Assembly: GCF_001949145.1 (NCBI RefSeq)
Contig: NW_019091359.1
Location: 2,828,861 to 2,892,860 of the forward strand
DNA: 64,000 nucleotides
Source: Acanthaster planci
Lineage: Eukaryota
Direction of reading: 5' to 3'
Part shown: positions 1 to 12,067 of the stretch, one piece after another
Layout: every line of letters starts with the position of its first letter
How positions within the stretch are numbered: position 1 is the stretch's first letter
Translations under genes and position numbers: made by a program
Notes under the pieces: model-generated
What the model was told of the DNA's origin: nothing
Databases searched by the model: none
What the model saw: only the letters and a program-made list of their open reading frames with translations

Positions 1-717
1 GTTCACTAAACTGCATAGTCATAGAAAAGTTCATGACACCAAGAAATCGAATGGCTGTCTACCGAGTAATGAAGTTTAATGAGACGACGGCAGCGTAATT
101 TATTTGAATCAATTTGCCAGACAGCAATGGTTGACATTACGTTGTATACCTCCGACTTGCGAGCTAGGCCATCTTTTTTATTTTAGTGCGGTTACATTCC
201 GATCAGTCGTCAGCAATTTTGTCAGCACAATCCTTGGAATAGTTAACAGCAAAGTTGACTCAATGGTCCAAGGTGTTTAATTCATTGTTCATCCGTTCAA
301 CAATACCTTTTCCTTTTGCCCATTGATGGCTTTGCAAACTGATTTATTTCCTTGTTTTTTTTCTCTCACGGGGCTTCAGTGCAACTTTCTCATGTGACCT
401 GCCAGGTCGTTTTTTATAACTTGGATTGATTTCATATTTTCGCTTCTAACGTTGTCTGACTGTAAGTCGATTCCGAATAGTCGTGTCGTGGAATATCAAA
501 GCTGATTTACATTCGACATAGAAGATCTCAATTTCCAATGTTGTCTTTTATCCCTCCGTAAGCCTAACTTGAGTTAATTTTTTTGTACATGCTGTTGAAT
601 ATGTTTGATTGTTTACTGTTTTTCCCGTTTTATCAATGCTTCAGACTTGATTTTTTTTAATTATTATTTTGTGCATTCTCTTGGGCTCATTTTCCCATTT
701 TTTTTCTCTCCTTACAG

Positions 718-948
718 CCGATGGGAAGTCCGTGTAATGCAGACAGTCAGTGTCCGGGAAACTACTGTTGCGCCATGAAGCTAGGCAAGGCCGTCTGTAT
801 GCCGAGGCTGGTACGAGGCAGGACGTGTATGATCAACGGACCACAAGCCTACTCACCCCACCTTTTCTTCACGCAGTGCCCGTGCAACAGCGTAGAGGGA
901 TTATCGTGCCAACGCGTAGGGCACGGCAACCGCGGTATCTGCAGCTAA
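718..948 (+). CDS. Terminal coding exon of a secreted colipase-fold 10-cysteine protein (prokineticin/astakine-like or Dickkopf CRD2-like); upstream exons lie outside the window
   Basis: Long polypyrimidine tract and acceptor (tttttttctctccttacag, AG at 716-717), then phase-0 frame PMGSPCNADSQCPGNYCCAMKLGKAVCMPRLVRGRTC...TQCPCNSVEGLSCQRVGHGNRGICS-TAA. Cys spacing C-5-C-4-CC-8-C-9-C-16-CPC-7-C-10-C is the prokineticin/Dkk-CRD2 pattern. The Met at 721 is probably internal. Confidence 0.88.
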   Translation, partial: PMGSPCNADSQCPGNYCCAMKLGKAVCMPRLVRGRTCMINGPQAYSPHLFFTQCPCNSVEGLSCQRVGHGNRGICS

Positions 949-3900
949 AAAGCCGTGTACCAGACTCGAGTATATAGCCCCAGCATGTACAGAAACAACA
1001 TCAACCACATCCACAAAGACAACGCCACCAAGTAACAAGTCGACATGACTGTAGCTGTGAATGCCAGTCCAAACGAGCAGCCCACGACCCTGTGACTCTC
1101 GGTCGTGGTTCCACCAAAACTTCTTTTTGTAAGTCACGCAAGATACTGTAGAATTCGGCCTGTACATTTTGGTATAGCTCTGCACTGCACGTACCCTCCT
1201 CCAAGGCAATCAAGGCACCGCAAATGCACAGCACGAATTTAGAGACAAACAACCAAATAAAGAACAAAGATTAAAGGCAACGACTGAATTTCCTTTGAAA
1301 ACAACGCTGTGTACTTTTTACTGTACTGCAGTACTCCATGTGTGTTTCTGCACCACCCCTTGACATGACAACTTCGCTGGTGAGAGAATGGAATTGTACC
1401 TTAATCGGTCCGGAAACTTTACCGAAACAAAATAGATGTATTAACTTTAGAAAGGACGAATGGACTTGCCACAATGGCCAACGCAGACGATGAGTAGGTA
1501 CTAACAACCGTGAGCCAGGTGAGGATGAAATGCAGCCTTGACCTTCGCTTCCTCTTTATCGTTCCGATCACTGTGGACGATTTGGTTGCATTAAATGCTT
1601 TCTATACCTGTCCATCAAATAACCCTGGCGACCGACGATTGTGGAGAAGTGATACGCCTCTTCATGCAACATCCATCCACTTCACTGACAACTTGAGAGA
1701 GTAGGAATGGACTGCGACAGTGAGCAGATTGTGACTGACCGTTTATCAACAGCTTTGTGTATTTCTTTGTCAGTGATGCTGTTTGTTTCTATGCGGGTAT
1801 TCTTCTCATCGCGGGAGGAAAAATTTCCGTGTATTCTTTTGTCACTTTGAGCTTTCACAAAAACACAGAACTTATGTATTCTTATTATCAAGAAAGGAAA
1901 AGTCTATTTGGAAGTTTGCCGCCCTCTTCCGTAGTAAAGTAGTTTTGTGAAAGAGGCCTTGTAGCTCATTGATATCCAAGGCCACTTGGTGATTCGGCTA
2001 CGGTGCTGTGTGTATTAGTCCCCCTCCACCGACAAAAATAGGACCTTTCTTGACGTCTTTGTGCGCGCTATTCACATGTAAGGCCTGTTAAACAAATTCA
2101 CTGCATTAGAGATAAAGAGATAATTTTTCTTTAAATACAAGGCTCTCGATTGAAAGAGAGATTTTGCAAATTCAATGTCCCTGGTTCCCTGTATGATATT
2201 CTTGCTCGCAGTGGTCTCTCACCTAACTTCATTCCCAAATTGTGCGGGTGTTTGAAATTGCAGTTATTTTCGAACTCGCCTCTGTAGAAACTTCGTTCCG
2301 CCGTAGCATCTGTAGAAATAAGGATCGCTCCAAAAGGAATTTATGCCCAATCTAATAATTTTCACCCTGTTTTTTCTCAGCACTTTGCCAACACAGTGTT
2401 AGTATATATTGATATTTAAAAACTATTTATTTATAAAAACTATAAAATGTATAACTTGCCTTTCTTGGTTTTGAATCAGTGGCTCTCTGAAGAAGACGAG
2501 TTAGCCAAAAGTAACGCCTTGCTATTCAAACAGATTGACGGGAAATTTGTACGTAATTATAAAGAAAAAATACTTCGTGTATATAATGACTACTGTACAT
2601 AAAATGTACTGAGACGAAATGTACCGTATGCCGACAATGTCGCGTATAACTGCTTTGCTCGTGTGATTAGAATAAGCAGCTTCAAAGTGCATTTGACGTC
2701 CCCCGCCATTACCGCATGCCAGTAAGCTGATAGACGGTAGAGATAAATTATGCAGAAAAAAATATATTTTGTGAGAAACTGATGAAGTTTAATTATTCGA
2801 ACTTCCTGCACTATCGAGAAACAAATTGTTTGATGTGGCGTTTGGGAGCTTGAAATTGAGTGATTTTTTTTATTGTGATATTGTCGCTGTTTGGTTTAAA
2901 ACGATTATCCTAGCACAATATATATGGCGATATCGCCCTTCTGCGAAATCGCCCCAAAACACAAAACCAGCAACAAAACGAGATTTTGTACACGTCATGT
3001 TTTTGCTTGACGCATCCAGCCCCGATCAACACTTTGAATTCGAGATCCACTTGCCTTCATAATTTACGAGATATGGCCATCATGAGGCAATGTCCCGCGA
3101 AGGTTCAGCCTTGTTGGGCCTGAGTAAATACCGATTTCTCGCACAGCATGGAGCGGGTTGATTGAAGGAACGCGTGGCCGGGAGCAAGGACACAAACATT
3201 GTCCATCAAGCGCCTCTCTCGCCGCAATTACTAATAGAATATACCAGGCTTTCGTGTCATTAAACAATCGCAAACATCAAAAAATAAAAAAAACATTAAA
3301 GCGGATGTCTAGGTTTCTCCACTTCCACCAAAACATTACACCAATATTTAGGCCAAATAGAATGAGTGTGTGGTTGCAAATGATATCGTTTACTACTTCG
3401 AATTGCTAAGATCTCGACCAAGGTTGGTCTCAAACACGAAATGATAAATTTGCTCAGCAAGTATGAGAAAAACGGGTGGTTTTATGCTACAGTTAGCTAC
3501 ATAGAATGTCATGATTACTGGTCTATTCTTTACCTTTTGCGCTTCTTCCAGTGATACTTTGGTCCAAGAGGAGACAAGGATTGAACGGAATTGCATTAAT
3601 TAACCCCCCAGCCATCGATATCGCCTGCTTTAAATATTGCTCAACATTCTCTGCTCGTCAGTAGTCGGCTGTGTGGCATACAAGATGTGTATAATTGTTG
3701 ATTTTTTGAGTGTATGTTCATCGCTATTTTATGTTGTGTAAATTATTCTCTGTGATTAAATTATTGATTCTTTAAATTATTCACAAGACAAAGCTTAGAT
3801 GTATTCAAATTATGTCGATGGAAAATAAAGAGAAAGAAAGATCAAAATGAATATGAAGATGAATTAGTGAATAATTTTTGGCGTATCCCAAGAGGACTTT

Positions 3901-6900
3901 GATATCAGACTTTCTGCCAACATTTAGCTGATGAGCGCTGTGTTTCTCATTAACGAAGTCCCCCCCCCCCACCCAATAAAGGCGAAAATCTGTTTCGCAC
4001 CCAGTGGCATATTCAGTGGGAAGACAGACCCTTTCATGTTGCCTTTTAGAAGATTTGGCGCCTGTATTTTAGAAACAGCACCGCAGCCTTCCTTCAGAGG
4101 TGACAGTTGTTTGTAGACATTTCCGTGCTGCTCCCTTGACCCAAGACCTGGGTACGCCTATGCTCGTATCATCCTTCCAATAAACAGATGAAAGAATGCA
4201 AATTACCTGCCAAACAAATAGTAATAGTTTGAAATAAATCGATTTCAGTAATATTTTCATGTCAACTAACAAAGGTCAAATGTAACAGGGACACAAATGT
4301 CACACTTTTGGACCCCTAATTTCCAGAATTACCCATTTAACTTCCTCTTTATGAGGGGAAGTGTTTCATTTGGTTATAGATGAAAAACAAGCTTTAAAAT
4401 GATTGTTTAACGTCAATTGATATATAGGGTGAAATTTCCTTTGAATCTCACAAGAAAACATTTTTTTGTGTTTATGAATTCGTAGCGGAAGCAAACTGAC
4501 GACAACACGCAATGACGTATGACGACCTGCGCGATTTCAATTTCTGTGTTGCTTAAGCTTCAAATTAACCAGCCGCAAAATGTCAGCTTTGAAATCAATA
4601 TCAATCACTTAATCTTTAAAAATATCAAATGAGGGTTTTCAAGATCTGGCAGTGTTGGCGCCTCCTAGGAGAGACTAAAATAATGTGTACTGACAGCTGG
4701 GTCACTCAGCGTCTTCCAATATTTGTGTATGCAATTTACAACCGTGTCGGTTTTATATGGCGCATACATCACAGAATAACGTTGTCCGCCTTCATCGTCC
4801 GTGTAATTCTGGCGTATGTCCATCCAACGGGGAAATATTTCCTCGCTTTGTTCCAGCAATAAATTCTTTGACAACTAAATCAACCAGCATCTGCTACTAA
4901 ATGATAAATCAGGTCGGAAGAGAGAGGCAATCTAATCAGATCGGAGAATATTTTCAATGAAAGTAATTGTGGTCGTAGGCAGCCGACCACTTCCGGTTAT
5001 TAAAAAAAGAAACTAATTTGAGTGGTTGATTGTAAGACCAAAATGGTAAGTGTTGTCTGTGATGGCGGACACTAAAATGCGAATGTTGCGTTCAGAAATT
5101 GCAAAATTTAATTCCTTCTTGTGTTTCAGGTCCGTGGTAGAATTTTTTCTGTGTTTTAGAATTTGGTGATTGTTGGTTTTTAAAGGAGCATTCTTAGCAT
5201 ATTGGTGATCATCAGCAAAATGCTTAAATGTAAAATTTAAATTTAAATTTAAAATGGAAAATGTAAGTTCGACACTTACGCAAATAAAATAGATGTTGGT
5301 TATAGATGGGATTGGCTCTGAACTACATTGGCTTAAATCACAGACATATAAACGCATAGACCGCCAGTCTTGCGTGTAAAACCGTGATTTTGAAAAGTAT
5401 GGGCAAACAATGGGCGAAGCGACGCATGGCAGCGCGTCCAGTGCGCATTACGCGCGACGCAGTTACATTGCCTGTATTTGTTTACATGTGCTCCCAAAAT
5501 GCGTTCACCTTTTTGCTCTTCGGTACTGCTATCTCTTCTTTTCAGATGCGCGTCCCAATAAAACGATAGCACCCTGGACAGACCATGAGCACCCCCCGCG
5601 CGCAAACATCTTTCTAAAAAATGTTCCAGAGATTGATATCAAAAAGACTTTAAATGAAGCTTTTTAGTATGAGATTTAGATTTGAGTGAGTACTACTCCG
5701 TTCGATATGTTGATCCATTCCCTTATGGTACACGTAGCCATTGGTTCGGCAACGTGCAATTTGCAGAGTGCGTCTTTTTCAAAAGTAATTGTAACAAGTG
5801 GCAGAAATATTTCAAACTTTTTCTCGAATTACGATTTGGGGCCTAATAAATTACAAACTTATCAAATCAAGGTAGGGGAGCGCCGAGCATGATCTGATTT
5901 CCCTGTTTGGTTCAGTAACAATAAATATTACAGAAGTAGGCTACCTTGACTGCCTTGTCGTTCCTTCGCCCAGAAAGATAGTGATTTCCGCGAAAACATG
6001 CCAACAAACACTGCCATCACATGGAGTATCCATTTTTGTTTTTTAACAATAAATGTCAGTGAAAAGAGCCGGTTTGAGTGATTGTGTTGCCGGCAGGGAT
6101 CTCATGATCGCTGCGGTACATGCACCACCACGTCACTTTCTCACAGCTATGGGCACTCATGGATCTCAATTATTGTACAAACATCACGAGCGGCCTCCGT
6201 CATAGGACTGTTTTTTAGTACGCCTTGCAGGGTTTTTCTTTCCAAATATCACGGGACTTGAAGTTTAATAACAGGTTGATTTTAGTTCATCATCTGTTTC
6301 TATACTGAGAGGGATGTATACGGACAATTATCCCATAAAATGAACCCTGTCCCGCGTTAATTACCGTGGTCCAATCATTTACCTTGTTACGGTCAACAAC
6401 TGACATATTTGAGACTGCCCAAACTATTGCCCTTTAATATTCAGCCGCTTACCTCCGTTTTGATCAATGCAAGATTGCACTGAATGTCATGCAAGTACTC
6501 CTGATCTACAAATAAAATACATGTATTCCCAGTTGGGGCCAGAATTTTACGAATAGTTTATCGCACCCAAAAAGTTCTTTTTGTTTGATACGTTGCAGTA
6601 TCCAACCCCTGCGATAGAGTGAACCTCACACTGTTTTACTGTATGCGCTGGTTCAACGACCATGGACTAGGCGACACTTTCGGACGCAAAGTTACAGGCA
6701 GGGCTACCTTGACAAAAGGAGAGTTACTTCCGTCAAACAGTACAGATGAAATGAAGCTTTCAAGCAGCATTATTGGCTAAAATGCTTTGTCAGAAAACCG
6801 CAACAAATTGCTTTCATATATCATGGTAGCGTCACTGTTAAGTATTTTCTAAAGTGCGACGTCTTAAGTTGCTTGGCACGTGTGTGATACCGATCTACGG

Positions 6901-9900
6901 ACAACAGTAAGAAGATCCTTATCGTATCATTGCTGTCGCTGGTATTTTGCAAGTTGCGTGTTAAAGATTTTTGCTTACATGTCTTTGTAGTGAGGTTACG
7001 TCAGACTGTTCTTGGTGCTGAGATCAGGAAGTTAGAGACAGCAACCCTTTTTTCTTTTTCTTTTTTGTTCTTTCCTTGAGAATCACTAAATTCCTTGAAC
7101 GACAGCAAAGATCTGTATTCGATTTTTCCTCGAGATGGGTGCATCAAAGATATTGAAAACACCCGGATTTCATGCAATTATTCAACCGATAAAAAGGCTT
7201 TGATTTTGATTTGATTTCGAGACCGTCAAATGATTGGCATGAGTCCGACAGCCAGTTGTTTCTGTCCAGGATCATTCCTCTTCTCATTTCTTTCTTATTC
7301 TAGACGGTAACTCTCCACGACTCCGACTTGAAACTACATGAACCCCAACCCTAATCCCAACGTTTTTATTCTAGGGTTTTAACTGTAGCAAACACGATCC
7401 TTTAGTTTTATTTGTTATTGTTTTGCAGTTTGCTGTACATGGCGGGTTAATATCTACCTGGATAAACCGAGAGCAAGATGACAGCTTGGTGTCTCTTTAA
7501 TAAAAGGAGTGCGCTGGAAGTAGTTCTCTAAGTATGTTGTTCTGTCTCCGTGCAGCTGACCATACGGTCGGCTGGACTTTGATTGGATTTTCCTACCTCG
7601 ATTTCTCCGGCAATTGGACGGTATAATACCCTTGGTTAGTCCTGGGAAGAAGTACCGCCGGGGGGCTCTGGACTTCCCCGCTCGGACAGAAGGCTTCCGC
7701 CGGCCGCTCTAAGTACGAGGCGATATTTCACCATCGGAATCGATTGAAGATATAGGGCACTTGGGTTATTTCCTAGTCGATTGCTGGAGCCTTGAGCTGC
7801 TTAATAGAAGCAATTACCGTGGTTTATTGAGAGATGATGAATGTATGTATACAAATGGCATTATGTCCGTTGAGGGCAATAGATATTGTTGATTTTTCAT
7901 TGGTCGAATGGATTGGTAAGCTTAGGTATACCAAACATTTAGTGAGTTTTACTGAACGCTTCGTGCAGGCTAATTCGAGTTGACGCCATAACTGCAGTAG
8001 AAGCACATCTGCCTTCTCTTGTGGCCACAGTCTGAAATTACTCACAACTCTGTGGAATGCAGCCACAATCTCAAAATCAGCGCCAGAATAATGGATTAGG
8101 ATGAAGATATCCACATTTGTTGTCATCGTCTTAAGCGCAGACCATCCTTATGCCTGACTACACTTGATATTTGTTCCACGAATCGGCAGCCATGTCGTAA
8201 CTGACATGTACAATGTAATCGTTAACCATGAGCTTTTGAACATACGGCACTTGAACTTACAGCGAAATTCACCAACGAATAAGCGGATTGAGCATTGATC
8301 TGTGGACACGGTGATCCCTCAGATGCATGAAATGAGAGTGCCTTTATGTTTACCGTCTGCTCCTGCAAGCATTTCTCAATTTATTACTCGGTTCAGTGAG
8401 AAGTACTTCATACTTCATACTTTCAATCGATATATTGACAATTGTATTACTGATAAAATAAATGACAAGAATAAAAGGTGCAAGGGATATAATAATGTCC
8501 ACAATAAAAATTTACATCATTGTGCGTAAAGACAATAGGAACTCCTTACAAGTTTTGGATAATATGTAAATGGGAGAACTGACCAATAAATCGGCAGAGG
8601 AAAAAAATGACAGAAGAATTTTTTCAGGCAAAAAATTAAAGCATAATTTTAAAAAAATGTGTATTGCTATATACTTAGAATTTCTCTTTACCATATTAAG
8701 GTATTAGCTTAAAGTTCATTACACAAGATAATCAACTTAGAATCCGTTGATTACAGCAAAATTATTGCTGATACATTTTATTCCGACGGTGGATTTGTGT
8801 GTGTGTGTATACCGATAAAACTGTCGCTGCGGAACACAAAGCAATCGGAAACGGAAAATGCTAGACAACGAAGGACTTTGTTGTCTGTGTTGAGTGTTGT
8901 CATAAATGGACTTTGAACGCAAGTAACCTTACAGTGCGTTCAACTTGACGTCAATGTTTCATCACATCAAGAAACTTATTTGTTTTAACTGTTTTTGGAG
9001 TAAAATCACACGGTTACAAATACTTGTATTTTCCTCCAAGAATACAAATGCCAGTAAGAGTGTAAGTTTAGCTGTAAAATCGTGTGGCAACTACCAGTAT
9101 TAGGACTACTTATGTACCACTTGTAACAAGATTCAGTGATTTTCAAATTTAGGCCAACTGTTTTGGATATAGCGTAGGGACCACGCCCAAAATACGATCA
9201 AATCAGGCCTACATCAGGCTGTATCCCGATATGGCTTGAGGCAGGCTCTGGTAAAATGAGCCTACATGAGTTTATAATTTAAACATCTTAATTGGCTTTA
9301 CGTTAAAAACCGACGTGAGACATCAAATGACATTCCCATCATCATGACAATCTCAAAGAACAAGCCTAGTTATCAATTTTGCTTGTTTCAATGGAGTGTA
9401 ATCAAGAGCAATGAAGGAAGCACTTTTTTATCACAGTAAATCAAATTCTACGTAAAGAAATATATAAGCAGTCTAGACATTGGTTTTTGCATGTGAACAT
9501 TACACAATTTCAACATGTCTGAAGTTAAGTAGGTTATGAAGTGCTTTTGAAAGCTATAGCGACGAAGTGTATCATGCATAGAGGGGATCTGCTATCAATA
9601 CCACAAATCTAACTTACAGAAAACATCATTTTATTTCCCAAATTTTCATGCATTTCCTTTCAAAATTATATGTTAACTTTTATATGCACAATGTCTTACT
9701 AGCAGGCTTAACCGTGAGTTCGGTGTTTTCGTTGCGTGCTTAAGCCCGTCAAATTACACAAGACTTGCATTAATTCAGTTTTCCTGTTTTTTCCCTCCTG
9801 CGTTATTTCAAGATCAACTATTGTGCGCAAGTGCGTAGCTTGAAAAATTAAAGAGCAGGAGACAATAACAAACAGTGCACTAACCTTTGAGTTTTTAAAA

Positions 9901-11977
9901 AAAAAACTGCAAGAGAAAAGTGACCACTGAAGTGAGAATTGTACTCTCTCTGCAATCAGAATTGTAAGTGCCAAACCGTTGCACAAAGGCTTCGTGGTGT
10001 CCATTCAAACAATTCGCGAACAACATCTTCCATTTCAACGATCATTCCCCTCAGAAGGACAACTTGCGTGACCACGAGAGCGATTGGGATTCACAATCGG
10101 CAGATCCTGTTTGTAGAGGATCTAACAGTAGCCTCGGTCAATATAGGTGATGATAGTTGGGCGGCGGGACATGTGCTCGCGCCAATTAGGCCGGGCACGT
10201 AGTTCAGGTATCGTCTGGTAACTAAACACCGTGCCATATAGAGTTCGCACGACAATATCGCGCTAAAAGCCCGACAATGTCGCAGCTTGCTTTCACACCA
10301 TACTGTTGGGTGTGGATGGCTGTGAATGCAGAAAGAACGATTCACTCTTCAGGGGAAATACGAATAGGGAAAAGCAACATCAGATTTCTTGCTTAATGCC
10401 AGCATTTGCGCTGTCCGGAGACTTCTAAGTTTTTTCCAGTTATATTTTGGTTGTCTCAAGTTCATGATGAACCATTTTATTGACGTCACTGGCGTGACAG
10501 AGTGCCGGGAAGGGGTAAGAATAGTTTAAATTATGCCAGGTATGGCGAATTATCTTCAGGCTTTTATTTAGGATTATTAATATTTCATTTCTGTGCGCTA
10601 TATTGAAGTCGTGCTTAAATGATATCCACGCCACTTTATCAACAAAGAGAACCACAGTTGAGATAGTAATATGCATGCATAGGGGCATACTTCTGCGTTA
10701 CGGTCCGTCCATAGAGTCCGTATGTACAAAATGCCGAGTTTTCCAACCCTAGTGCAGACGGCAGACACAGTGGTTACTCGGCCTCTGGTACACATACGCA
10801 TTACCTGTGCATATAAATTATGTCTTTGGTTTATCAGACCCGGTTGCGCTGGTACCGTCTAAGGGCACGGACGTACAATAAAATCCGGCCGGCAACTCTC
10901 CTGATTGGTTGAAGCCACCGGAGGTCGTGTGGCGGCCATTTTACCGTGCCAAAAGTTTCTATATTAATCAACACTAACCTATGGAAGACTGCCACGTTTT
11001 TGGATATTTTCGTAGAAAATATTGAATAATTTTAGTGCACTACATTCAGTTATTACCGGAGGGTTATGGTAGTGATTAGTAGGAACAATCTCTCACAGAT
11101 GATGTTCGTGTCTATAAGTGATCAACTTGGGAAAGCGTGAATTTAAGCCCAGAATTCAGTAAAAGCGAGTACATGTATTAGCGTTCAGCAACTGCTTATC
11201 GGTGTTTGTCACTTTTTGCGCTTATTTTCAGCAGGTTTCCCTCAACAGTGTTTGCAGAACCAAATTCAACAGATTTTCTTCGGATTTTTAAAAAAAAAAT
11301 TTAGAATTCTTTAAAATAGGGATTTTCTTACACAAGAACTGAAACACGAGGAGGATATGCTGCTTTGTGGTACCGCAGTGTGCAGAACATTTAGCAAGAC
11401 TATATCCAATCCTCAGGCATGTCAGGAAAGGAATGTCTTTTTACATTTTACCCGTAGAGTTTTGACGATTACGTTTCATATAAACGGAAACTGAAGGGTG
11501 TTTTGAAATAACCTGGCCATTAAAAAAGATCAAGTTGACGGGGCATAATGTGCATTAACGTTAAAATTGAGAATATTTCTTTGTATTTTGCAATAACTAA
11601 GACTGCCATGGGTCATGCATGAAAATGACCTTTGCCATTGGGGGCCAGCATCTGTGACAAAGAAGTGAAATAAAATCAAGTAGGCAATTCATAAATAATA
11701 AAAGCCAGCCCCCAAAAAATCATTTTTAATAAAAAATATTTACCAAGTATGGGGCTAAGTATTGGGATAGAAACCTCTCTTTGATACAATGATATTAAAT
11801 CTGGTCGAGCTAAATCACCAGCGAGCCTCGTAGGCCTACGTAAAAATAACCTTTATTCAGATGGGATTTCAAGCTATTCACGGTGACAGACAACTAAGGT
11901 GGAGAGCTTGCGGTAGCACCATGCAAGGATACGATCTCTTTGTGAGTCAGTATGGTTCTGAAAAGAACCGTGAGGAA

Positions 11978-12017
11978 CTCAACGTTTCGGACACTATGCT
12001 CTGTCCGTCGTCAGGAG
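11978..12017 (-). ncRNA. Minimal type I hammerhead ribozyme motif (mirror copy)
   Basis: Minus strand reads ctc-CTGACGA-c-GGACA-gagcatag-TGTCC-GAAA-cg-TT-gag; stem II is shortened to 5 bp by one substitution. Confidence 0.65.
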
Positions 12018-12027
12018 ACTGACACGT

Positions 12028-12067
12028 CTCCTGACGACGGACAGAGCATACTGTCCGAAACGTTGAG
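12028..12067 (+). ncRNA. Minimal type I hammerhead ribozyme motif
   Basis: ctc-CTGACGA-c-GGACAG-agcata-CTGTCC-GAAA-cg-TT-gag: conserved CUGANGA and GAAA boxes, 6-bp stem II, 3-bp stem I (ctc/gag), palindromic ACGU stem III remnant, putative GUU cleavage triplet. Confidence 0.7.

Noticed and set aside
7300..7630. Several acceptor-like polypyrimidine-AG sites on the plus strand
   Set aside because: The following frames are short and unrecognisable. They could be lncRNA exons, but this is not supportable from sequence alone.
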